64,000 bases of DNA from Mobula hypostoma (taxonomy: Eukaryota). The notes beneath the pieces were generated by a model. It did no database searches, was not told the DNA's origin, and worked only from the letters and a program-made list of their open reading frames with translations. The DNA is taken from positions 100,256,001 through 100,320,000 of the forward strand of contig NC_086107.1 in assembly GCF_963921235.1 (NCBI RefSeq), given 5' to 3'. The translations under genes were made by a program, and so were the position numbers. Of this stretch, positions 37,500 through 48,598 are shown one piece after another; the stretch's first letter is position 1, and each line of letters begins with the position of its first letter.

Positions 37500-39463
37500 T
37501 TCTTTTAATATAATTTTTTATTGAGTTTTCAAGTGATACATGAGAAAAAAATATCTACCCTCCCCCCCCCCGATATATACTCCTACCTAAAAAGAAAAGA
37601 AAAAAAACAAAAAGAAAAGGAACCGCCTGAACATTGGAAGGTTTGCACATGCTCCATGGGATAAAAATTAATTTAATATATATTTGTTCCTTTCCCCCAA
37701 GGAACCCAGATCTTCATCATCGGAGCTATAAATAAGGGCTCCAAATATTCCAAAATGTTACATATTTATCTCTTAAAATCTAAAACATTATTTAGCTTCT
37801 CAACTCTCATAGTTCCCTGGGGAATCTCTTTGAACTTCACCATGTTGCTATGTGTTTCCCTCCCAATCATCCAGGCAAAAAGAAAAAAAAGATAGATAAG
37901 ATACAAAAAAAGAAAAAACAAAATACCCCCTCCCCACTAATGTTGTGAATGAAAAGATACACAACACTACCCCCCCTCCATTGTGCGGGTCGTGGCTATT
38001 GCCACGCTTGCACACATGAATAATGTAACGATTGGTCAGTGTTTCTTCCAGCTCCCCTGTAACAAAAAATTATATATATAGAAAAAAATTAATGTTGTTA
38101 TTCCCAGCTAATATTCCTCAAATTTTAACCTTTCTTCCCCTCCCTCATATAATTAATAATATATTTATATATTCACCCGCCTAAAAATTCAACAGGCCTA
38201 TCTCACTCCCCTAAGTTTGTTCTTGTATCTGGTGAATATTCAAAGAATCTCGCACAAACTCCTCCGCTTTCCGGTAATCGTCAAAAAATCTTTTTTCTCC
38301 ACCAGGCAAGAAAATCTTCAAGGTTGCAGGATAACGCAATATAAATTGATAACCGTGATCCCATAGGGCTTTTTTCACTGGATTAAACTTCTTCCTTCTT
38401 TTCAAAAGTTCATAACTTATGTCAGGGTAGAAAAATATTTTCTTCCCTTCTATCATCAGTGGCCCTTTTCTCTTCTTGGCAGCTTGGGCAGCCGCCTGTA
38501 GAATCCTTTCTTTGTCTTGAAATCTTAAGAATTTTATTAAAATTGATCGTGGATATTGGTCATCTTGTGGTTTTGGTCTTAGAGCTCTATGTACCCGCTC
38601 AATTTCAATTGATCGGTCTTCCTCTTTCATTTGCAAGGTTTTCGGGATCCATCTTTGAAAAAATTCTATTGGATTATCTCCCTCTATACCTTTAAGACCA
38701 ACAATTTTAATATTATTATGTCTACTAAAATTTTCCAACACGTCCACTTTTTCCAAGAGTCGATTTCTTTCCGTGTTCCAGACAAGCACGTCATTTCTGT
38801 TTTTTCCACTCTATCGTTAATATGCTCGATTGTTCTTTCCATCTTCTGAAGTTTCTTATCCATTTTATCCTTTTTTTTTATAGCTCTATCATAGCACATC
38901 TTCACGCCTCTAAGCTCTGTTCTTAATTTTCTTAATTCAGCTGTTAACTGCAATAAAGCCTCTCTTATGTCTCCATCGTCTCCTTTTCTTCCAGTCTCTT
39001 CCAGTTCTTCCTCCTCCTCTTCATCTGTATTCTCTGCGATATCCAATTCTGACTCTGAGTCACTTTCAGTTGCAGTGGCCGTCGGTTCTTGTAGTTTAAA
39101 TTGTGTCGATTTGTGCATGCGCAATTCCGGCATCATCTTCCGAGAGACTGCTACTGCCGCTGTTGCACCCTGTTCTTCTACACCAGAGATAAAATGCGTC
39201 TCCTCTGCAGGAGATCCAACCTGAATCCGAGGCTCCATCGCTGCACTAGGCCCTTTTTTCTTCCCATCTCGCGGCGACTTCACAACAACAGACTTCTTCT
39301 GTTGCAGTTTACGAGGCATATCGTAGAGTAGTCTTACGAAGCTTATAAGTGGTTTTCAGAAAGTATTTATTAACTTTACTCTGTTTAAACGGTACTTTGC
39401 TGATTTTTTTACGGGAGAGCTGGATTTACACGTCTCAATCCTACGTCATCATGTGACGCCCCC
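37500..39463 (-). mobile_element. L1-clade element with ORF1 and both ends but ORF2 almost entirely deleted; 15-bp TSD
   Basis: TSD TGAGGTCCACATCTT at 37485-37499 and 39464-39478. 5' end GGGGGCGTCACATGATGACG; 3' end AATAAA plus A-rich tail. Total 1964 bp. Confidence 0.9.
38211..39319 (-). pseudogene. L1 ORF1p (coiled coil, RRM, CTD) with one frameshift near 38790
   Basis: ORFs 38684-39319 and 38211-38789 carry LENFSRHNNIKIVGL, IERVHR, PRSILIKFLRFQDKERIL, IFFYPDIS and LRYPATL, all L1 ORF1/Transposase_22 motifs. Confidence 0.9.
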
Positions 39464-39509
39464 TGAGGTCCACATCTTGAAAAATAATCTATTTGGATTT
39501 CTCATAACT

Positions 39510-39712
39510 TAGGTGTCTGTACATTCTCCTGGTGACTGGATTTCTTCCGGTGCTCCAGTTTCCTCCCACAGTCCAAAGACATACTGGTTGGTAGGTTAAT
39601 TGGTATTTGTAAATTGCCCCGTGATTAGGCTTGGACTAAATCGGGGGATTGCTGGGCGTCGTGGCTCAGAAGGCCAGGAGGACGTATTCTGTGCTCAATC
39701 TCAATCATAAAT
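39510..39712 (+). mobile_element. V-SINE (HE1-like) fragment
   Basis: V domain ccggtgctccagtttcctcccacagtccaaagac. Confidence 0.8.
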
Positions 39713-40191
39713 TGTTGCTATTCTAAAAATATTCATCAGTATCCTTCCCTCTTCTGTCCCTCATTGAAGCAAAGCTAAAATACGTGGCCAGTATAAATTT
39801 GGATTTGGACTGTTTCAGTGGTTGGATGCCTTATCAGTCATAACCAATGAAGTCCATATCAGCATCTGACTTCAGTAAATAGTATGTTGGTTAATTTGCT
39901 ATGTTACTGGCTTAGTTGTGCTGCTGTAATGTGGATTACATACACTTGCATTGTTGGATGTGACCTGTATCCAGCATCCAAAGGGCTGCACTGCTGAAAA
40001 GTTTGCTCAGCGCTAGGTCAATCCGTTAAGAGTAGAGTGGCAGGCTCAGGGTTTGCCCATCACTGATGTATCCCACCATGTTTCATGGTCTTGCTAGCTG
40101 GGTGCCATGGTATACACATTTCTAGGCTTAGTGTTTGGACAACCTGAATAACCCTGACCCATTCTTGTTCTGTTTGACCTATGTCTGATAG

Positions 40192-40357
40192 ATTGAGAAG
40201 GAGGAGCAGGCTGCTGCCGAGAAGGCTGCTGGTAAGGAGGAGTACCAAGGGGAATGGACTGCTCCAGTTGCAGAGTTCGTTCAGCCGGAAGTTACCGACT
40301 GGTCTGAGGGCGTGCAGGTACCTTCTGTGCCAATCCAGCAGTTCTCTGCTGCAACTG
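40192..40357 (+). CDS. RPSA: RPSA exon 6 (166-nt form; an alternative donor at 40436 extends it to 40435)
   Basis: [25 protein letters not shown]...[20 protein letters not shown]; donors G|GTAAAA (40358) and A|GTGAGT (40436), both phase 1. Confidence 0.92.
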
Positions 40358-41282
40358 GTAAAAATCTGGCTGAGACGCTGGAGGCAGCTAATCCGTACGT
40401 CAAGCCCGCAGCATTCACCGCCGATACAGCTACAAGTGAGTTCTAGGCTGAGCAGTGTGCTTGGAATGATTGGCCTGGAGTATGGGAGGGTGTGTGCATG
40501 TTGGAAAATGTTGACTCAACTAGAAATAACTGATCTTGTATTGGTCTAAGTAAGGAGAATCATTTATTTTATTCTGATTGTCATGTAATTTTATATGAAT
40601 AGTTAGCAGCTTTAGGTGAGGTGAAGGTGTGTTGCATAGAGGACAAACCGTAATTCTGTAATTTAGAAAAATCGCTCTGTTGCAGTTGTAGATCTTTGAA
40701 CAAATGCTCTTTTTTTCCTTTCCATAATCAGTCCTGTTTATGTCGCCATGTTTCATTTATCCTAACCTCACAAACCTTTGCTGTTAAGTATGGACACTGA
40801 TTTACCTGTTTGGTTTTGGATGGTATGCAGGTTTTAAAAGAATGTTTCTCCTCCTAGCATTATGCTTGTGTTCTTTGTTTATTGACTTGTCAACTTTGTT
40901 CTATGCCTTGACCATTTTTTAATTGATTTAATGCATAGGGATTTCCCTCAGCTTCCATACCCGTAGATAGTCTTGAGGTTTGTCGCTTGGGTTTTCAGGT
41001 CTGTTTACTTTAGCCAGAGGGATGCGCCAACTATATTCTCAATTTAGAGAAACCTTGGGGTTGTGAGAGAGGCTGTGAACAACTGTAGCTATGTACTGTC
41101 TGGTGACCAGAGTACAGGCTTCATTCTGAAGTAGTTTATGCTTTAAGGTGATGTGAAACGTAATCATCCCAAGGACAAACTCAAGTGAATGTGAGTTGTG
41201 TGTTACCATTAGATTGCACTCCTGTGGTCTCGGGGGTTCTCCTTCCCGGAGGTATTTGTTAACGTTATTCTTTCTCTTACAG

Positions 41283-41377
41283 AGGATTGGAGTGCCCAGC
41301 CTGCTGCTGAAGACTGGTCTGCTGCACCGACTACACAGGCTCCCGAATGGGGTGGTGCCACAGCTGATTGGTCTTAA
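41283..41377 (+). CDS. RPSA: RPSA exon 7, coding part
   Basis: [31 protein letters not shown]; 95 nt. Total CDS 888 nt (295 aa) with the short exon 6. Confidence 0.97.
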
Positions 41378-41431
41378 GACTTAAAGCTAACTAGACACAA
41401 ACCTGTACTTCCTACATTTGGGAAAGAATGA

Positions 41432-41437
41432 AATAAA
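41432..41437 (+). terminator. RPSA: RPSA polyadenylation signal AATAAA
   Basis: 55 nt after the stop codon, followed by a T/GT-rich stretch. Confidence 0.85.
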
Positions 41438-42149
41438 AGATGCCAGTTTTTAAACGTCTTGTTTATTTAATGACTGAGAATGTTTCACCATACTGTTGGC
41501 AACAGAGTAGTATGCTAGTAACATTAGTACAAGATAGTTCATGGCTGGGGTCAGGCATGCAAAGAGTGAATAGGAAACACACCGATTTAATTGAAGCTCT
41601 ATTTCTTGATCCCAGTGGTGGGAATTCTTCCAAGATAATTCGTCTTTGGGCAGATATCACCTCAGTCTTTGCAGCCTGTCACTAGGTTTTCATTTCTGTA
41701 GGGGACATGGGCTGGTTGAAAAAGCCCACTTAGAGCAATAAGTTTATTTCTGTGTTGATGTATGATTAAGCCCCTTAGTTTTAGGATGATGGCATTTGAC
41801 TGGAGTCTATTTTGACGACTTGTTTCTGAACCGAGATAGATGAAGTTTGCACTTAATTTGACCTCAGCTGAGAACCAGTTGAATCCAGTGAGTTTGCCAA
41901 AGGTCACATGGAAACTGCTGTGTCTGATTACCAGATTCAGGGGCCATGTCCCACCTGTCCTCTTCCTCTAAAAGAGTACATGCATACAAATATAGGTACT
42001 CGGCAGCCAGCATCTGGATGTAACAGGGCCATCTCAATTACACTGGCAGATGGCTAAGCTGACTGAGTTGAAGATCATTCATAAATAGCAATGAGCATAC
42101 TCATATAGCTCAGAGCTTGATTGAATTGGTCCTATTGCATAAAAATGTG

Positions 42150-42395
42150 AGCTTGTTAGTGTAATGGTTAGCAGAATGCTTTACAGTACCAGCAACCGGG
42201 GTTCAATTCCTGACACTGCCTGTAAGGAGTGTACATTCTTTCTCCCTGTGACCGCATGGATTTTCTCCCACTGTCAAAAGACCAACTGGTTAGTAGGTTA
42301 ATTGGTAATTGTAAATTGTCCAGTGATTAGGCCAGGGTTAAATTGGGGGTTGTGGGGCAGCATAGCTATTCTGTGCTGTTACCCCAATAAATAGA
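42150..42395 (+). mobile_element. tRNA-derived V-SINE
   Basis: A box tagtgtaatggtt, B box ggttcaattcc; body shared with the 39510 and 56508 copies. Confidence 0.8.
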
Positions 42396-43112
42396 TAAGA
42401 ATATGGGTTTGCAAAAATATTTCACTGCGGTTGTGGTATTGAAAGCTTGTAAACTGGGATGCTAGGCATTTCTTGGTTCACACTGCTGCTAAAGGACCAG
42501 GTGTTTTGAGAAAATCTTCATGTTTTCCAAAGTTAAGAATCAATGCTTATTTGCATGATTTGTTGTGATTGCTGAGGGCCTGATGCTTATAAACTGCTTT
42601 TAATTTAAAACACTTCCCTGGTGTTGCCTTTGGATAAAGCTGCATTAACTCGAAGCGAACACTTGGTGCTGAGTTTGCATATTTGAAGTTTTCAGGGTGA
42701 GCAAAGGCAGGATAATGTTGGCCAACCTGCACCCCTGCTAGCACTTTTCCATTTCCATTGCTCCACCGTCTCACTGCACCCCAACATGGGATTTCTTTAT
42801 GATCAGACTTTAAAAGAATGTGTTTAGATTTTCAAATATTGTTTAGGATTAGTGCACTTTAAAGTAGTACTGGTAGTTGGGTACAGATTTGGCAAAAGGG
42901 CAAAGTAGTTAATGTATTTTCTAACCAGACATTAGTGTTAGAACTTTCAATATAGAACTGCAAAAGTCTTAGGCACATGCATATAGCTAGGGTGCCTAAG
43001 ACTGGCATGGTGGCTAAAATAGGAAAGTGGTTGGGAAACTAAAATAAGAGTACTTAGTTTTGTATTAGCTCAGCAGTATTAAGTGTTATCTGGTAACTGG
43101 AAAGACAAAATA

Positions 43113-43175
43113 TACAGTACTGTGCAAAAGTCTTGGGTACCCTAGATATATACATAAAGACTTTCACACAGTACA
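43113..43175. repeat. Tiny palindromic Tc1-type MITE (partial second copy at about 42955-43005)
   Basis: tacagtactgtgcaaaagtctt...aagactttcacacagtac. Confidence 0.55.
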
Positions 43176-43567
43176 GCACATTAGTGACTTGGATACCATT
43201 TGCAGGTATATGATTTAACAAATTTGTTTGATAGGAGAAGTTGGAAAGAAAGCAAAGTAATGAACAATTCACACCACCTGATTGAGACACAGATTGTTGA
43301 CGTTCCTTGACACCTTGTGAGATGCCTTTGGATTTCTGAATTTGGGTGCTGTCTGATCAACTTGATTTCCTCCCTCATGCCAAAGATAAGTGGGTTAATA
43401 GCTTACTGCAAATTTCATCATCTAGGTTAATGTCAAAAAAAAATGGTGGGGGTGAAAGATTACTGTGAAATAAACAATTGAATGATACTAATAGGATTCT
43501 CCTGTGAGTGTTACGGGATACCATAGGCTAATCTTTTAAATATTAAAAAGTATTGACTTGGCATTTG

Positions 43568-43700
43568 ACACATAAAATTTGCTGGTGAGTGCAGCAGGCC
43601 AGGCATCTCTAGGAAGAGGTACAGTCGTTCCAGGCAGAGACCCTTCGTCCCGACTGTACCCCTTCCTAGAGATACTGCCTGGCTTGCTGCGTTCTAACAG
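43568..43700. repeat. Fold-back element made of two inverted Penelope termini
   Basis: ctggtgagtgcagcaggccaggcatctctaggaagaggtacagtcg is inverted relative to cgactgtaccccttcctagagatactgcctggcttgctgcgttc. Confidence 0.75.
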
Positions 43701-43986
43701 TAGATAGACAAGTCATGAAGATCCCTGTGGGTAAATTGTCCAGATACCAATATAAAAGAAAAAAATGGTGGAATAATCCAATATTATACTGCTATTAAAA
43801 GGACCCAGGTGTCCTTGATTTCAAGGAACTTGATGTACACTAGGATACAAATTCCTTTACACAAAACATTAATCATTCTTTTGTATGTCAATAGGAAAAT
43901 AAACCCGACATTTCTCAAGATATAGGTTCTGAATTTATCCATAAAGAAATGCTTTACTGATTGAACTACCAAAACTGGTTAATATG

Positions 43987-44365
43987 CACTCAGTAGCCAC
44001 TTTATTAGGTACTTCCTGTATCTAATAACATGGTCACATAGTGAATGTTCATAGTTTTCTGGTGTAGCCCACCTATGTTTAGTGAACTACCACTCACTGC
44101 ATGGTTTTTGTTTTTCTAACTATTCTCTATAAACTCGAGACTTGAGTGTGAAAATCCTGGATCAGCAGTTTATGATACTTAAACCACCCGATCTAGTACC
44201 CACAATTATTCCATGATCAGTGACTTAGATCACGTTTCTTCCTCATTCTGACATTCTGTCTAAACAACAACTGTACCTCTTGAACATGTCTGCACGCTTT
44301 GATGCATTGAATTGCTGTTACATTAACAAGCAGGTATACCTAAAAAAAAGTGGCTGCTGAATGTG
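43987..44365. mobile_element. Tc1-type MITE
   Basis: TIRs cactcagtagccactttattaggtac / gtatacctaaaaaaaagtggctgctgaatg. Confidence 0.7.
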
Positions 44366-44485
44366 TATCACAGGCAAAAAAAATTTTAGTATACTGACAA
44401 CATGAATTATCACAATGATGTGAATAGGTTGAATAACTTCTTCAATAGATTCCAGATCCTAGTAGCTTTGGATTCTATTAGTATG

Positions 44486-45929
44486 CAGGTGTCCCCTGCT
44501 TTTCGAACGTTCACTTTACGAAACCTCACTGTTACGAAAGACCTACATTAGTACCCTGTTTTCGCTTTCAGAAGGTGTTTTCACAAAAAAAAAGCAGCGT
44601 GCAATAAAAGGCAGTGCGCACTCCGAGCAGCCGCTCCCCCCGATTCGGAACGGTATTGCTTAAACACGAGCCTGTGAGCAGCGTTTGCAAGATGAGTTCT
44701 ATGGTATCGGAAAAGCCTGAAAGAACTCGTAAGGGTGTTACACTTAGTGTAAAACTAGACATAATTAAGTGTTTTGATTGTGGTGAACGAAGTAAGGACC
44801 ACGTGAGTTTGGCTTGTGGAAGTTGATGAACATGATGTTGAAGAGGTTTTGGCATCCCATGACCAAGAACTGATAGATGAAGAGCTGATGCAATTGGAAG
44901 AAAAAAGCATAACAATCGAGTAATGATAAAATATGACTTTAATTTTGAAAGGGTACATCGGTTTAGGGGATATTTGCAAGATGGTTTGAGTCCTTACAAA
45001 GAACTGTATGATAGAAAAATGTGCAAGGCTCAGCAGTCAAGCAAGCCTTCCACATCAGCCACAGCAGACAACCAAACTCGACCTTCGACATTGAGGCGAG
45101 AGTCATAGAAGATGAGCTGCCAGCTCTAATGGAAACAGACGATGACGAGATGACCCACCACCCCAACCCCCAGGCCACAGACAGATACCGATTTGCGGAG
45201 AATGCAACGGTAGCCGGGAGGGGAGGCACACAGCATATCTTTAAGAAAAAAAGTCCAAAATAAACATGCTAATTAATTACGTGTCGGGCGGCACCTAATT
45301 AATTAGCTTGTTTATTTCTGCTTTTTTCTTAAATATGTGCTGTGTGCCTCCCGGCTACCACTGCATTCCTGCGTGCTTCGCGGCAATATATCGCTGGGTG
45401 ACCTGGAGGGTGGGGGCCACTGCACCAGCCAACTTGCGACGACTCAGTCTAACACATCATCATCAGTGTGCTCAGCGCTGTCTTCCCAATTCCGGTAAGT
45501 GATACGACACTGTACGTACATTATTTCTACTTTATATCGGCTGTGTATTTTTACATGTTATTTGGTATGATTTGGCAGGTTCATAGCTTAAAGGTCACTG
45601 GAGGGAGTGTTTTTGCCAACAGCGCTTGCGTGAGATTTTCTGCCGACTGCGCTTGCGTGAGATTTTCGCTACAGAGAACAGTTCAGTAATGATTGTGGAA
45701 AAGTATTTCTACTTTATATAGGCTGTGTATTTATCATATCATTCCTGCTTTTACTATATGTTACTGTTATTTTAGGTTTTATGTGTTATTTAGCATGATT
45801 TGGTAGGTTATTTTTGGGTCTGCGAACGCTCACAAAATTTTCCCATATAAATAAATGGTGATTGCTTCTTCGCTTTACAAGATTTCGGCTTACGAACTGT
45901 TTCATAGGAACGCTCTACCTTCGGATGGC
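44486..45929 (+). mobile_element. Second copy of the Tigger-like element (inverted relative to 15972-17600), right TIR truncated
   Basis: Starts CAGGTGTCCCCTGCTTTTCGAA; colinear reverse complement of copy 1; ORF remnant RKGVTLSVKLDIIKCFD. Confidence 0.88.
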
Positions 45930-47969
45930 CTTGTAGTCTAATCTGCAGTCCAGACTGAGGGAGTTGTACCTACCAGCAACTAGTCTCGGTGCCTTGCACT
46001 GGGCAAGGGAGATATTAAGTTGTTTCTGAAACTAATTGGAATCTAGCAAGTTTGGCTGGGCAACAGCTGAGGTTGGTACTTGCCTGCGATGATACCAGTA
46101 AGAGGGTGGGTTGGAAGTAGGTGGTAGAAAACACTGACAGTCACATCAAATCAGTGACTTTAGTAAACAAAATACATTCAATCCAGATTTGATCAATTCA
46201 GGATTCACTATTTTATTCTTTTGTTACAGACATCGAAAGAAAATTACAGCATGTCCATAACAGTCTGATCACAACCGACAACAGGACACCTCGCCAGTAA
46301 AATACTGGCCTTGTTGGGCAATGTAGGACAGTTCCAATATCTCAAGAGAGCAGATTAATGAGTGACATAGAATATGATTGACCTGAACTAATTGTGCAAA
46401 TGCTTTCAAATGCATCTAACACACTATTGTCCCAAATCTGAAATGAGATTTTGCCCCAAGTGTAAATTTGATTCATTCAGTAGAAAAAGCAGGTGACACA
46501 GTTGTCCGACGCTTCAGCTCCAGTCTAGTTACAGAATAATAAGTGGATTAAGGCAGCCCAATAGATCCTTACTATTAAGCACTAGAACACATGATAAAAT
46601 GAGTTATTTGCTTCCATGTGGTCAGGGTTAGAAGTCAGGGTCTCCTGTTTTTAACTGGGACACAAACCTGTCACAGACGATTGTGGAATCCTACACTGCT
46701 AGAGCCCAATTGGCTCCTTGTGCCTTTGCTGTTCTCTGAAATATACTGAGCTCTTTCCCAGAGATCGGAAAAACTTCCCCTTTTTAACCCAAATTCTTTA
46801 TCGTGAGTGAATCTGCTTCCTAGGGAGCACATTCTAGATCTAAACACGTTGCATGAAAAATCACTGGCTTTTTGCCCAGTTACCTAACATTGTAACCTCT
46901 GATCACTGATCTGCGTTACTGGAGACTAAAAGCAACATTAAGATCCTGCTGGAAATTAAAAAAAAAACAGGAAAGCCCAGGAATTCTCAGCAGGTCAGGC
47001 AGCAGAGTTAATGTTTCAGGTTGATGTTCCCATGACTGTTTCTCTTTCATGATCCATTAAACTACAAGCTAGGTGGCTCCAGGTAAACAGGGTGGATCTG
47101 CAGAGATTTAGGAGTTTTAACATTGCAATTTTCTAGAGGTCTAATAATTTATCCGACAATCCAAAAGCACTTGGACTTTGTCAAAAATGGGTTTGTGAGG
47201 GGTAGAGGCAAGGAGCTGAGAGAATTGCAGGAATCAAGAGATATTCCTGCAAATATCCAATCCCTCAGCAAAATAACCAAATCCAGAGGGAACAAATACC
47301 CTCTTACAGCTTTTCTCCTGTAGCAGAAACCGACAGACATGCGAGTATCAAGTGAATGGGTTTCAGCGTTCACTGTTTCTAAGTGGTGACAATTGAAAGG
47401 CACAAAATAACTGTTGGATGCCCAGTAGGACTTGAGAGGATTGAGAAAGAAAAGGCAACATGAGATTGGGTGCTGGGAAGCATGTGATAACAATCCTTGG
47501 TAACAACAACAGTCTGGTGTGAATGATCAAGCAACTGCCCTGAGTGAGTAGAATCCCACAGGCATCCAACCTTCATGTTGAGCCTCTCTTCCCAGAGAGG
47601 ATCTATCCACTACTAGGTGACACAATGACTGATCAAGTCCTGTACTCTGCTGCCTTTTCCTGGATACCTCCTGAACACCTGGCACCAAGTAGTCAGAATT
47701 CTGTCTCTTCACCTTTGGAGGGAACGGCCATTCCCACACATCACCTTTAAACACCCCAACAAACGTGAAAGGCAGATTCCTGTGAGAAACGGCTCCATGG
47801 CCACTTCCATCATTAAGTGTTTACGGCCCTGGACTAATCATAGAGGGGGTATCTCACCCCACTGATGGTTCCTGACCCAACTGAGGCACATTCCACAGGC
47901 CATCTGCCTGAAGCTACAGGTTCAGCAAACCTGGACAAACCAAACAAAAACAGGAAACCAGATGGCAGG

Positions 47970-48238
47970 AACTGAAGGTGAGAGGGGATGTGAGGGCTAA
48001 GTTTTTTCACTCAGAGAGTCATGGGTGCCTGGAATGTGCTGGTATGGTGGTAGAGGCAAATACATCAGAGGCTTTTTTTTTAAAGAGACATTTGGATAGG
48101 CACATGGATGTAAAAAAGATGGAGGGATATGGACATGTTGTAAGTAGGAGAGACTAGTGTTTGGGTGTTTCTGATTTGCCTTTTAGCCGGTTTGGCACAA
48201 CACGTGGGCCGAATATCCTCTTCCTGTGCTGTACTGTA
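47970..48238 (+). mobile_element. CR1 3'-end fragment
   Basis: Close match to 26785-27070. Confidence 0.8.
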
Positions 48239-48391
48239 CCAGCAAAGCTCACTAAATCAGATCATCTTTGCTGAGAGAGAAAGTATCTCCCTCTAGTGTT
48301 ATGGAAGTGAACATGTTTGACTACTAAACGTATTCTTAAATGGCCACCATGACATTAAGTGCAGGAAATACAAGGTGTTCTATCTCAGGGA

Positions 48392-48598
48392 CGAGAAAAC
48401 CTGCTGTTGCTGGAAATCCAAGCAATACACATAAAATGCTGGAGGAACTCAGCAGGACAGGAAGCATCTATGGAAAAGAGTTAGCAACCGGCGTTTCGGG
48501 GCGAGGCTCTTCATCAGGACTCGACCCGAAACGTTGACTGTTCACTCTTTTCCACAGATGCTGCCTAGCCTGCTGAGTTCCTCCAGCTTTTTGTGTGC
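48392..48598. repeat. Fold-back element of inverted Penelope termini with hammerhead-like centre
   Basis: aaatgctggaggaactcagcagg...tggaaaagagt is inverted relative to actcttttcca...cctgctgagttcctccagc. Confidence 0.8.

Noticed and set aside
38211..38789. L1TD1-like domesticated gene
   Set aside because: Frameshifted and embedded in a TSD-flanked element with an A-tail, so it is a transposon ORF1.
40181..40549. 122-aa [15 protein letters not shown]...
   Set aside because: Alternative frame over RPSA exon 6, starting in the intron; not an independent gene.
40943..41084. Possible H/ACA snoRNA in RPSA intron 6 (CCCTC/GAGGG stem, terminal ACA)
   Set aside because: No ANANNA box after the first hairpin, stems depend on many G-U pairs, and no recognisable target.
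46213..46218. Minus-strand AATAAA suggesting the 3' end of a convergent gene
   Set aside because: A single hexamer in AT-rich DNA with no linked coding exon.
47149..47754. Several 65-114-aa ORFs in unique sequence
   Set aside because: No recognisable motifs, no consistent splice structure, lengths expected by chance.
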